A stretch of DNA of 64,000 nt, taken from a candidate division FCPU426 bacterium (GTDB lineage: Bacteria; Oederibacteriota; Muellerivitia; Muellerivitales; Muellerivitaceae). The notes under the pieces are model-generated. The model made no database searches and was not told the origin of the DNA. It saw only the letters and a list, made by a program, of their open reading frames with translations. Numbering within the stretch: the first letter of the stretch is position 1; every line of letters begins with the position of its first letter. This document shows positions 39,278-48,916 of this stretch, piece after piece. A program made the translations under genes and the position numbers. The stretch spans positions 192,001-256,000 of the forward strand of contig CAVTWJ010000014.1 in assembly GCA_963738405.1 (NCBI GenBank). Reading direction: 5' to 3'.

Positions 39278-40312
39278 GTGAAAGTTCTCATCCTTGGCGG
39301 AACCGGCCTCATTTCAACCGCCATTGTGAACCAGCTCGTCGAGCGGGGGGATGAAGTGACGGTTTATAACCGGGGTGTCACGCCTTGGCGCATCCCCAAA
39401 ACCGTTAAGGAGATCAAGGGCAACCGCTGGGACACCCCCGCCTTCGAGGCCCAGATGAAAGATGTTTCTTTTGACGCGGTTATCGACATGGTGGCTTTCG
39501 CGCCCGAGAACGCCGAGTCGGTTCTAAGGGCCTTCACCGGCAAGGTCAAACAAATCGTGGTTTGTTCTACTGTTTGCGTTTACGGCGGGCCCATGACCAA
39601 GCTTCCCGCCACGGATGACGAACCCCACCGGTCTGTCACCGATTACGGACGCAACAAATCCAAAATTGAGAATATCCTTCTTTCCGCCAACGGTAAGAAC
39701 GGGCTCCACACCACCGTCATCCGTCCTTCTTATACAACAGGGGAAGGGGCCGAATATCCGGGATTACTTTTTGACAACAGCCTTCCCAACCGCCTCAAAG
39801 AGGGCCTGCCGGTCATCGTGATGGATGAGGGAAAAGCGGCCTGGGCGGTCGCGCATGTGAGCGACGTGGGCCGGGCCTTCGTGAATTCACTCTTGAACCC
39901 CCAAGCCTATGGCCAGGCCTACCATGCCACCAGCGACGAGCACACTACTTGGGATGGGGTTTATGAGGCCATGGCCAAAGCCGTAGGAGGAAAATTCAAC
40001 CCGGTTCACATCCCCACCGATTGGCTCTATTCCAACGCTCCTCGCCGAAGCCTCGGGGTGAAATTTATTTATCAGTACCCTTCGATCTTCGATAACTCTA
40101 AAGCCAAAAAGGATTTGGGTTTCAAGACCACCGTTCCTTTGGTTGAAACTTGGCGGCGCCAATTTGAATGGATGGAACAAAACGGAAAAACCAAGAAGAC
40201 ATCCGAAGATACTTTCGAAGACTTGATGATCGAAGCCTATCAAAAGGGCGTGAAACCCGCGCTACCCGAGGGGATGGACTTTAATCCTTGGGGGAACGGA
40301 ACGACCAACTAG
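39278..40312 (+). CDS. NAD-dependent epimerase/dehydratase family protein
   Basis: ILGGTGLIS Rossmann motif, YGRNK. Confidence 0.9.
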   Translation: MKVLILGGTGLISTAIVNQLVERGDEVTVYNRGVTPWRIPKTVKEIKGNRWDTPAFEAQMKDVSFDAVIDMVAFAPENAESVLRAFTGKVKQIVVCSTVCVYGGPMTKLPATDDEPHRSVTDYGRNKSKIENILLSANGKNGLHTTVIRPSYTTGEGAEYPGLLFDNSLPNRLKEGLPVIVMDEGKAAWAVAHVSDVGRAFVNSLLNPQAYGQAYHATSDEHTTWDGVYEAMAKAVGGKFNPVHIPTDWLYSNAPRRSLGVKFIYQYPSIFDNSKAKKDLGFKTTVPLVETWRRQFEWMEQNGKTKKTSEDTFEDLMIEAYQKGVKPALPEGMDFNPWGNGTTN

Positions 40313-40493
40313 TGGCCGTTCCGTTGGTGCCGTTCACTTTATTGTTGGATATCAAAACGGCAAAACGAGACCATGAACTAAGGTAAACTTGACTTTTGGA
40401 AGGGGTGAATTAGACTATCCCTCCCCCGAAAACCCTTGGTTTTTGGGGTTTTATTTGCATCTACAACTTAAAACACCCGTGTTTCGGGTAAAT

Positions 40494-40568
40494 TCCCCGG
40501 TAGCTCAATGGTGGAGCATGCGACTGTTAATCGCAGGGTTGTTGGTTCGAGTCCAACCCGGGGAGCCA
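40494..40568 (+). tRNA. tRNA-Asn(GTT)
   Basis: Anticodon arm TGCGA-CT-GTT-AA-TCGCA; CCA; upstream TTGACT-N16-TAGACT at 40389-40416. Confidence 0.97.
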
Positions 40569-40575
40569 TAAACGT

Positions 40576-40615
40576 AAAGGGCCCATTCCAAGAGGAATCG
40601 GGCCCTTTTCTTTTT
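40576..40615 (+). terminator. Intrinsic terminator after tRNA-Asn
   Basis: AAAGGGCCC..GGGCCCTTTT followed by a T-run. Confidence 0.8.
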
Positions 40616-40620
40616 GTGTT

Positions 40621-40725
40621 TCCCCGGGTTAAGAGGGTATGGGGGATGATAGGCCCCCATGTCGTTCAAAGGGGTCTACAGGGGTCTTTTCCCCTGTAAG
40701 CGCGAATGCGCACCCGGGTGAGCCA
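40621..40725 (+). repeat. tRNA-3'-associated structured mini-element, copy B
   Basis: TCCCCGGGTT (reverse complement of tRNA-Asn 40555-40564), three hairpins, then ACCCGGGTGAGCCA (tRNA 3'-end copy). Confidence 0.7.
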
Positions 40726-40774
40726 TTTTAATAGAGCCGTCCGCCATAAAGCGGATGGCCTTTTTTTGTATTTA

Positions 40775-40860
40775 CCGGGTTGGACGAGAACCAAAAAGGG
40801 GTATGGGGCGGAACGGAGGTTCTGCCCCGGTCTTGAACTGGGGGTATACAGGGGGGTATA
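40775..40860 (+). repeat. tRNA-3'-associated structured mini-element, copy C (3'-truncated)
   Basis: CCGGGTTGGACGAGAACCAA (17/20 to the reverse complement of the tRNA-Asn T-arm), hairpin 1, GGGGTATACAGGGG. Confidence 0.6.
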
Positions 40861-40915
40861 TTGCGCCACTTTTTCCGTTATACTTCACCTGTTTTCCACT
40901 GTGGGAGGAACCCCA

Positions 40916-41110
40916 ATGACGCCCATTACCTTAGTCAATAACCCAGACCTCTATTCCGGCCAATACGTGGCCGTGAAATCATTCACAGACCGTGAAGTCA
41001 TCAGCCACGGTGAAATCCCCATGAATGTTGTCAATGAGGCAAAAGAGAAGGGCTTTCAAGAGCCCGTACTATTATTCATCCCTGAAAAAGGCATGCTGAA
41101 CGTTTATTAA
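40916..41110 (+). CDS. Small DUF5678-like protein
   Basis: YSGQYVAV..VISHG..AKEKGFQEPVLLFIP; GGAGG RBS. Confidence 0.65.
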   Translation: MTPITLVNNPDLYSGQYVAVKSFTDREVISHGEIPMNVVNEAKEKGFQEPVLLFIPEKGMLNVY

Positions 41111-41517
41111 TGCCCATTCAAAATATTCCATTTCTAAACGACCACCCCTACCTAGCGATCAGGATCATTAATCCGCATACGGGCTTACAGCAAAAATTAT
41201 TCGCCTTGGTGGATACCGGGGCGGATGAATGCACGATTCCCGCCTTGTACGCCCCTTTACTGGGGCACAATTTAACGCTCGGCAATCCTAAAAACGCCGC
41301 CACTGCGGGCGGCCCGGCCACGGGTTTCGGCCATACCACCACCATCGAAATTTACGACCACCGAACAAGCGCCCTTCTTTTCACCATCAAGGATGTCATT
41401 GTCGATTACATGCCGGGCCTTCACATACCTTTGTTGGGGGTTAAGCATTTTCTTGAGAATTTCGAACTGAATATCCATTACCCCAACAAGGTATTTTCGA
41501 TTAAATGGCCCCAATAA
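41110..41517 (+). CDS. Retropepsin-like (clan AA) aspartyl protease
   Basis: ALVDTGADEC catalytic motif, TAGG flap, PLLGVKHFL. Confidence 0.85.
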   Translation: MPIQNIPFLNDHPYLAIRIINPHTGLQQKLFALVDTGADECTIPALYAPLLGHNLTLGNPKNAATAGGPATGFGHTTTIEIYDHRTSALLFTIKDVIVDYMPGLHIPLLGVKHFLENFELNIHYPNKVFSIKWPQ

Positions 41518-41796
41518 TTTTTTCCGTATAACGGCCTACGTGTAAAACCCGTGTTGTCATTTTGGCCCATCCACGCCAAGGCTTCGTGGATGCCCACCGG
41601 GTTGTTGTTTTTCAATATTCAAATTTCTTTTTTCAGCCCTGTCCCTTTTTCTCCAAATTGACCTTTTTCATTCCCATCGTCCGGCCCGAACGAAAATCGA
41701 TTCCCGGCGGTTGAAACCTGAAGAGCCCCCTCCCTAGCCTTATTGTGAAGGGGAGGTCCCAATCCTCCCCTGCAACATAGACCTAAGGAGGAACCC

Positions 41797-42177
41797 ATGA
41801 AAAACCCGATAGTTGTCTTCGCAGGCGCCTTATTTTTTGGCGCCCTTTCCCTGCCTTTGCCGATCCGGGCGGGTATCTCCGCGGGCCCGGTCAGGGCCGA
41901 CATCAATGCGGATTATTCCGATTTGATCCAGGCGGAAAGCGGAATTCAAAAAGCGGACGAGGAAATGGACAATTCCCGGAAAAAGATGGAGAGAAATGTC
42001 CTTAGCCAATACGAGCGTGATTCCTTGAAAGACATCATCATGCGGGACCACGACATCATCGCGGCCTACCGGGCCGAGGCTCTGGAGGATATCCAATTCC
42101 TAAGCATCCGGCCGGGGGCCCTGACGCGGGCGCAAAGGGACACGGTGGACGAGGCGGAAATTGAGATGAAGGATTAA
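41797..42177 (+). CDS. Hypothetical secreted helical protein
   Basis: AAGGAGG RBS, signal-peptide-like N-terminus. Confidence 0.55.
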   Translation: MKNPIVVFAGALFFGALSLPLPIRAGISAGPVRADINADYSDLIQAESGIQKADEEMDNSRKKMERNVLSQYERDSLKDIIMRDHDIIAAYRAEALEDIQFLSIRPGALTRAQRDTVDEAEIEMKD

Positions 42178-42274
42178 AACCGGCTTAGGTTCATAAGGGG
42201 CCTGGCTGGCCCCTTAATTCAGATCGGTTTTTGGGTGTCCCAGGGAATTGGGCCTAAAATGGAAAATGGTGGCC

Positions 42275-43536
42275 TGGACTTCCCCCGATTTAGTGGACAA
42301 TCTAGTTTAGTGTAGTTGTTCCCTCAAACTCCACCGGACTTTTGTAGCCCAAGGTGGAATGCAATCTCTTCCGGTTGTAAAAAATCTCTATATATTCAAA
42401 CAACTTAGCTTTCGCCTCTTCCTTCGTGTTGAACCGCACGGTTCTCACCAACTCTGCTTTCAAGGTTTTGAAGAAGCTTTCGACCACCGCGTTGTCGTAG
42501 CAACTTCCCCTTTGGTTCATCGAGCTTTGGATCCGATGCTCTTTCAGTTCATTAATAAAAGCTCTCGAAGAATACTGACTGCCTTGATCCGAATGATGAA
42601 TCTTCGGCGTTTGATCACCTCTTTCTTGAATCGCCATCTTCAAGGCATCGATGGCCAATTCCTCCCGCAGATGGGGTTGCATTGACCAACCAATGATTCG
42701 CCGAGAAAAAAGATCCATCACGACCGCCAGGTACAACCAACCAGCCCCTGTACGAAACTGGGTAATATCAGATGCCCAGATTCTATTGGGCTTCTTAATA
42801 TCGAACTTTTGTTTCACCAGGTTCTTGGTTCTTATCCTCCCATGATTCGTCAACGTGCAACGTCGGTAGTAGTACTGCCTCAAGGCCCGAATTCCAGCCA
42901 TTTTCATCAATCTAGCGATTCGATTGCGCCCCCAACCAAAACCTTCTTTCTTCAGCCCCGCGTGAATTCTCGGGGATCCATACGCCTTTCTCGATATCAA
43001 ATAGACTTCTCGAATTTCCTGTAAAACCAATATGTTTTCTTTGTCTCTCTTCGACGGTTCTCGATTCAACCATGCGTAATAGCCACTACGAGAGACCCCA
43101 AGAACACGACACAACATCGTTATGGAGTATTGGGTTTGTTGTTCTCGGATGCATTCGAATTTTTGGCTTCTTCGGCCGCGAAGAAGACTAGAGTTTTTTT
43201 TAGTATGTCGCGCTCATCCGTGAGCCGTTTGACTTCCTTGCGCAGACGGATGATCTCAGCATTTTCGGGGCTTTTGACACTCCGGCCAGGCTTTCCCGGA
43301 AAAGCTTTGGAACCTTCTTTATGGATTTCATCACGCCAACGGTAAAGAAAAGCGGGATTGATATTCAGATCGCGGGCCACTTGAGTAACTGGCTTACCCG
43401 ACTCATTCGAGAGTCGAACCGCTTCCAGCTTAAACTCAAGGCTATATTTCCTATTGATTCGATGCGCCATGACAGACACCCCCGTAAGCTGTATTCTACA
43501 CTCATCTCAGGTGTCCATTTTTTCGGGGGAAGTCCA
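42275..43536 (-). mobile_element. IS3-family insertion sequence, copy 1 (1262 bp), 3-bp TSD GCC
   Basis: Terminal IRs TGGACTTCCCCCGA..TGGACA; orfA 43120-43479, orfB 42302-43117; GCC at 42272-42274 and 43537-43539. Confidence 0.95.
42302..43479 (-). CDS. IS3 transposase OrfAB (probable -1 frameshift at A8 run)
   Basis: OrfA HTH; OrfB WASDIT, HHSDQGSQY, DNAVVESFF. Confidence 0.92.
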
Positions 43537-43569
43537 GCCTGACCCCTTTTTCATTTTTTCTTTCCTGAA

Positions 43570-44892
43570 TTATTTGGGAGTGGTTGTTATTTGAAAATAT
43601 TCATCATCAAATGTTTTACCCATAATCGAATGCGAATCATCGTCCCAACTTGCGCCGTTAATAGTTTTAGGGAAATGCAATATTTGTTTAATTTTCAAAT
43701 CTTCGCCAATTCTCATTAACATCGCTTGACCAGATCGATCCTTAATATCATGAGAATTGAATTGATCGATGACCAGCCAAACATCGGGAGAATCTTTTGG
43801 TGTAACTGCATAATAGATACCGCATGATTTACCATTTATAGGCGGAGGTAAAAATCTCTTATTCGATTCAGCGGAATAAAATTTTTTAACTGTTTTCAGC
43901 GTAGATAAGCTGATAATTTTCGTAGTGACATCTTCCGAATAATGAAATGGATCTTTTTTACTTGAGAGCTTCGTTTGAGCCAAAGAACCTTCGACTAAAT
44001 CGGAACAATTATCACCATTGATACCATATGATTTGGTTATTCCTGTGATGGTATTCACCAAATAACAAATTCCACGATTACAGCCAATAATTGTTCCAGT
44101 ACTATTTATAATAGGTGTACCAGATCCGATTTCAGGATATTTTTGTTTTATCGAAAATCCCGGCAGATTATATAAAACCATTTCATTAGCTTCTTGATGC
44201 AACATAGTATTGCCATCTAATGATTCAAAAACATCATCAGTACCCCACACCATATCTTTATCTATATTAATAATTTGAATCGGATTTTCTAAATCAACAA
44301 TTCCTTGTTGCCTTTTTTTAAGGACAATCGCAAAACGTCCCTGTCCAAGAAATTTAGAAAATATCCACCCATTACTTAAAGTAATCTTTTTCATCTCAGG
44401 GATTTTATAGATGCCGTTAAACGAAACAGCCGCACTGCTCTCTGAAGGTCCTCTCACATTAAGGTAATTACCATTTTTGGATATTTCTAATCCATTTTCT
44501 AAAGAAGCTTGAAAGATAATCCTATTAGACTTTCCGTCATAAAGAATGTTATCGGCTAACCAATAATTTCCAGAATCATCAGAACTCAAATTAGGATAAT
44601 TCCCGTTTTTAACGTTTTTTTGAATTAGACTGTTTAATCTATTAAACTTCCACGGCTTAGAATTCTCACGCAACGGAAGAGATTTATCTCTTCGAAATTT
44701 ATTGCAAATTTCCTCATCGATAGAAATTATGGTGGAGGACGGGATCTCTTCTATTGAAGAGGCTTTTATGTCTTCATCCTGTCCAAAAGTCGCGGAAGTA
44801 GGAATGGGCGTTTGAGAATAAACAGGTGTTATTAATAAGGAAATTAAACTAATAAGAGGGACGCAACCGGATAATTTTCTCAAGTTAAACAC
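43570..44892 (-). CDS. Hypothetical secreted protein, possibly beta-propeller-like, low GC
   Basis: Signal-peptide-like N-terminus; beta-rich repeats; visibly AT-rich DNA. Confidence 0.6.
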   Translation of the reverse strand: MFNLRKLSGCVPLISLISLLITPVYSQTPIPTSATFGQDEDIKASSIEEIPSSTIISIDEEICNKFRRDKSLPLRENSKPWKFNRLNSLIQKNVKNGNYPNLSSDDSGNYWLADNILYDGKSNRIIFQASLENGLEISKNGNYLNVRGPSESSAAVSFNGIYKIPEMKKITLSNGWIFSKFLGQGRFAIVLKKRQQGIVDLENPIQIINIDKDMVWGTDDVFESLDGNTMLHQEANEMVLYNLPGFSIKQKYPEIGSGTPIINSTGTIIGCNRGICYLVNTITGITKSYGINGDNCSDLVEGSLAQTKLSSKKDPFHYSEDVTTKIISLSTLKTVKKFYSAESNKRFLPPPINGKSCGIYYAVTPKDSPDVWLVIDQFNSHDIKDRSGQAMLMRIGEDLKIKQILHFPKTINGASWDDDSHSIMGKTFDDEYFQITTTPK

Positions 44893-45175
44893 TTTTCATA
44901 TTCTCCGTCACATTTAACTTACTGAGTAACTGTTTCCTTTTTCATCACAAACGGAGAATCAGCAGTTCGTGTTAAAGATAAACAAATCATGATCAATATT
45001 TACATTATTCATTCTGACCTGCCCCAATTCTTTGTACCACTTCCTATCTCACACCATAGGCCCAGTTTGTTGAACCCATTAGTGGAATAGGTTTCATCTT
45101 GGGTTCTAAAATCCAAGTTTCTGGTGCTGGTGGCAGTTGGCCCAACGAACTGTGCGGAGAACAAAGGGGCCAAGC

Positions 45176-46437
45176 TGGACTTCCCCCGAAAAAATGGACA
45201 CCTGAGATGAGTGTAGAATACAGCTTACGGGGGTGTCTGTCATGGCGCATCGAATCAATAGGAAATATAGCCTTGAGTTTAAGCTGGAAGCGGTTCGACT
45301 CTCGAATGAGTCGGGTAAGCCAGTTACTCAAGTGGCCCGCGATCTGAATATCAATCCCGCTTTTCTTTACCGTTGGCGTGATGAAATCCATAAAGAAGGT
45401 TCCAAAGCTTTTCCGGGAAAGCCTGGCCGGAGTGTCAAAAGCCCCGAAAATGCTGAGATCATCCGTCTGCGCAAGGAAGTCAAACGGCTCACGGATGAGC
45501 GCGACATACTAAAAAAAACTCTAGTCTTCTTCGCGGCCGAAGAAGCCAAAAATTCGAATGCATCCGAGAACAACAAACCCAATACTCCATAACGATGTTG
45601 TGTCGTGTTCTTGGGGTCTCTCGTAGTGGCTATTACGCATGGTTGAATCGAGAACCGTCGAAGAGAGACAAAGAAAACATATTGGTTTTACAGGAAATTC
45701 GAGAAGTCTATTTGATATCGAGAAAGGCGTATGGATCCCCGAGAATTCACGCGGGGCTGAAGAAAGAAGGTTTTGGTTGGGGGCGCAATCGAATCGCTAG
45801 ATTGATGAAAATGGCTGGAATTCGGGCCTTGAGGCAGTACTACTACCGACGTTGCACGTTGACGAATCATGGGAGGATAAGAACCAAGAACCTGGTGAAA
45901 CAAAAGTTCGATATTAAGAAGCCCAATAGAATCTGGGCATCTGATATTACCCAGTTTCGTACAGGGGCTGGTTGGTTGTACCTGGCGGTCGTGATGGATC
46001 TTTTTTCTCGGCGAATCATTGGTTGGTCAATGCAACCCCATCTGCGGGAGGAATTGGCCATCGATGCCTTGAAGATGGCGATTCAAGAAAGAGGTGATCA
46101 AACGCCGAAGATTCATCATTCGGATCAAGGCAGTCAGTATTCTTCGAGAGCTTTTATTAATGAACTGAAAGAGCATCGGATCCAAAGCTCGATGAACCAA
46201 AGGGGAAGTTGCTACGACAACGCGGTGGTCGAAAGCTTCTTCAAAACCTTGAAAGCAGAGTTGGTGAGAACCGTGCGGTTCAACACGAAGGAAGAGGCGA
46301 AAGCTAAGTTGTTTGAATATATAGAGATTTTTTACAACCGGAAGAGATTGCATTCCACCTTGGGCTACAAAAGTCCGGTGGAGTTTGAGGGAACAACTAC
46401 ACTAAACTAGATTGTCCACTAAATCGGGGGAAGTCCA
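45176..46437 (+). mobile_element. IS3-family insertion sequence, copy 2 (1262 bp, inverted relative to copy 1), 3-bp TSD AGC
   Basis: Same IRs and identical translated ORFs; AGC at 45173-45175 and 46438-46440. Confidence 0.95.
45233..46410 (+). CDS. IS3 transposase OrfAB (slippery A8 at 45511-45518)
   Basis: Translations identical to copy 1. Confidence 0.92.
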
Positions 46438-46825
46438 AGCCTACATTTTACACCTTAGAAGCCTCTTGGCGAATGTCCGGTCTTTGGCCGTGATCCGATA
46501 AAGAAGCAAGGTGCCTGGCCTACATTCAAAACTTTAGGTTTTATCCCCGCCCCTCAATTCGTGCACAAATGCCTTCATTGGCATTTGCATAACCAAACCT
46601 TACCCAATAACTTGCGGTTATTGGGTAGATACTCTCGAAACCTTACAAACCTCCGGTCCCTTCAGGCCCTAGCGCACATCCACAATCACCGTCACGGGCA
46701 CGGTGGAAACCACCTCCCCCTGGTAATGCAGGTCACTCTGGGTGATCAACAACTCTTTTACGGAACTTTCACCCCAATGTTTTGTATGACATTGGGGTAG
46801 TCAAGACAAGTGCCGTAGCTGGTGG

Positions 46826-48841
46826 CTACGGCACAGCCAACTCCAACTTCGCCCTTTTCGGGTTGAAGACCCAAGTTCTGTTTCTGGGGCCCGCCATTCC
46901 CTTCACCCATTCGCCCGGGTCCACCACATACAGCGCGTGCTGGCCCGGCGGCAGGCTTTGAAGTTTCGAGAGCAATTCCTCGTTGCCCATGCGCGTGCCG
47001 GGGTTGGAATCCACGGACCAAATATGGTCGCCCGGCTTAAGACCCGCTTTCGCGATGGGGCTGTCATCCCAAGTGCCTGTTACTTCGCCTTCACTGCCTA
47101 TCAAAAGGCCCTGGTACAGGCATGGCAAAGCGCCAATCGGCGCGTTTTTTCCCCCTTGGGCGTTTCGCACCCAAAATTCCGCACCCGAAACCAGATGCAC
47201 TAAATCATCTTCGCTATTGCACTGCACGGCGAAGGGCTTTTTAAAATCCGCAAACTGCATGGAGAATTGATAAAAGGTGCGGGGGTGGTCCCCCAGCACA
47301 TCGACCTCACAACAATGGATGGCCCGCACGTCTTCCCAATAAAAGGCCATTCCCTTCTTTGAGCTATCACCCAAGACGGGGTTGATATCCCCAAACGAAA
47401 AGCCGCCCTGGATCTCCAAGGTGAACTGGGAGCCATTTACCACCGCCGAGGTAATCTTTTTTTCATCGGGGCCCAACCAAAACGAATATTTTTCCGGGTC
47501 TTGGATATCCATGAAGCGGCGGCCCGCCATTTCGGCGCCCATATTTGCGTCGGGTTCGAGGGAATAGGCCTTCACCCGGCAGGGCCTGGGCAGGGCGGCT
47601 ATTTCCGTTTCCAAAGAGGCCTTATCTTCCTTGGGCATAACCATTTCAGGAGCAGGTTGTGTAGCGGACACCTGTGCGGCCTCATGTTTTGGGACGGAAA
47701 ATTTGTTTTGTGAGTGAGGGTGCGCCTGGTTTTTTGTAGTTATGGGGCTTTGGATTTTGCTTTTATCAAAAACTTGGTCGTTCTTAGTGTCTTGGTGACT
47801 TGGTGGTGAGAATTGGTTTATCAAAGGTGTGAGATGGTCCATTATCCAATCTCTAAAAAACCATCCCGCCCCCAAAACCGCCGCGACGATAAGAGTGGCA
47901 ACCAACCCCGTTCGGAATTCCTTGTGAATCCCCCAGACCAATGCCGCGCCCAACGCAATGACCACCCAGGGCTTGGCGAAGGCCTGGGCCAAAAGCCACA
48001 TGAGCGATTGAACCAAAAGGTGAATCAGATAAACCCAACCTGCGTCGATCCAGTGACCGACAAAGGGAACAAAGTGCCCCACAAAGCTGAAAGCACTGCC
48101 ATAGGTGAACAGGATGATGAACCAGTAGAGCCCCCAATGGCCCGCGAACCTAAAGGGATCGGGTAGGGAGGAAGTGCCGCCCCGCTTGCGGCTGGATCGA
48201 GAGTGGAGAGGCACGAAATAATTGGCCGTGGTCTTGCTGGCTGCCTTGACGTATTCGTGAACAAACTTCGCCCCTTCCTTAAGAAGGGCCTTTACCCCCT
48301 TTCCTGCCGCCTGGGCGGCGCGGCCTTTGCCCCGTGGCTTCCGGGCCTTAGGCATACCCTGGCTTCCTTGATCCGGGGTTTCATCTAAACCTTCGTCTTC
48401 GCTTTCGGGACCAGGGGTTAGGTCTTCCTGCGTCTTAGGTTTGACTTTGGGGTCAAAATCCTTGGCGGGCTTCCCCGCCACGACCCATTCCACCAGGGCT
48501 TTGATATGGCTGGTCTTATAGTGTCGGACCAAAACCTCGTCCAGGGTCTCATGAAAGGCGGAAGGGAGATCCTTGACCTTTCCCTCAAGACCCGTCAGGG
48601 CCAAGGCGCTGTTTAAAGAGAGGTCAAAAGAGGGGATGACTTCCGCCGCTTGGCGCACCTTTTCCCTGGCCGGGGGGTCAAAAAGGTCATTCAGGGCCGA
48701 AAAGTTGGCGATCATGCCGGTGCTGGTATTTAAGGCTTTTGCCAGGCCGGGGTATTTGAGGGAGGGGTTCTTTTCCCTTTCAGCGGTTAAGGCGGAAAGG
48801 CTGTCCAGCCAACTTCTTGATTTGGGCTTATATTTGGCCAA
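46826..48841 (-). CDS. Membrane protein with N-terminal ParB/Spo0J-like HTH region, about 4 TM helices and a C-terminal PDZ-like domain
   Basis: LAKALNTSTGMIANFSALNDLF..LSLNSALALTGL..HYKTSHIKALV follows the ParB DNA-binding-domain pattern; hydrophobic block at about aa 235-330; DSPIAKAGLKPGDHIWSVD. Confidence 0.65.
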   Translation of the reverse strand: MAKYKPKSRSWLDSLSALTAEREKNPSLKYPGLAKALNTSTGMIANFSALNDLFDPPAREKVRQAAEVIPSFDLSLNSALALTGLEGKVKDLPSAFHETLDEVLVRHYKTSHIKALVEWVVAGKPAKDFDPKVKPKTQEDLTPGPESEDEGLDETPDQGSQGMPKARKPRGKGRAAQAAGKGVKALLKEGAKFVHEYVKAASKTTANYFVPLHSRSSRKRGGTSSLPDPFRFAGHWGLYWFIILFTYGSAFSFVGHFVPFVGHWIDAGWVYLIHLLVQSLMWLLAQAFAKPWVVIALGAALVWGIHKEFRTGLVATLIVAAVLGAGWFFRDWIMDHLTPLINQFSPPSHQDTKNDQVFDKSKIQSPITTKNQAHPHSQNKFSVPKHEAAQVSATQPAPEMVMPKEDKASLETEIAALPRPCRVKAYSLEPDANMGAEMAGRRFMDIQDPEKYSFWLGPDEKKITSAVVNGSQFTLEIQGGFSFGDINPVLGDSSKKGMAFYWEDVRAIHCCEVDVLGDHPRTFYQFSMQFADFKKPFAVQCNSEDDLVHLVSGAEFWVRNAQGGKNAPIGALPCLYQGLLIGSEGEVTGTWDDSPIAKAGLKPGDHIWSVDSNPGTRMGNEELLSKLQSLPPGQHALYVVDPGEWVKGMAGPRNRTWVFNPKRAKLELAVP

Positions 48842-48916
48842 GTCGTCCTCCTATGCGGTCGAGAAGGGGGTCTTGTACATCTATTGGGGCTTATTTTATT
48901 TAAACGAACCCCGGCC

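Noticed and set aside
42275..46437. Composite transposon that moved as a unit
   Set aside because: Outer flanks differ (GCC vs AGC) while each IS has its own TSD
44900..46560. Gene interrupted by IS copy 2
   Set aside because: Joining the flanks gave only a short start-less frame with stops nearby on the minus strand
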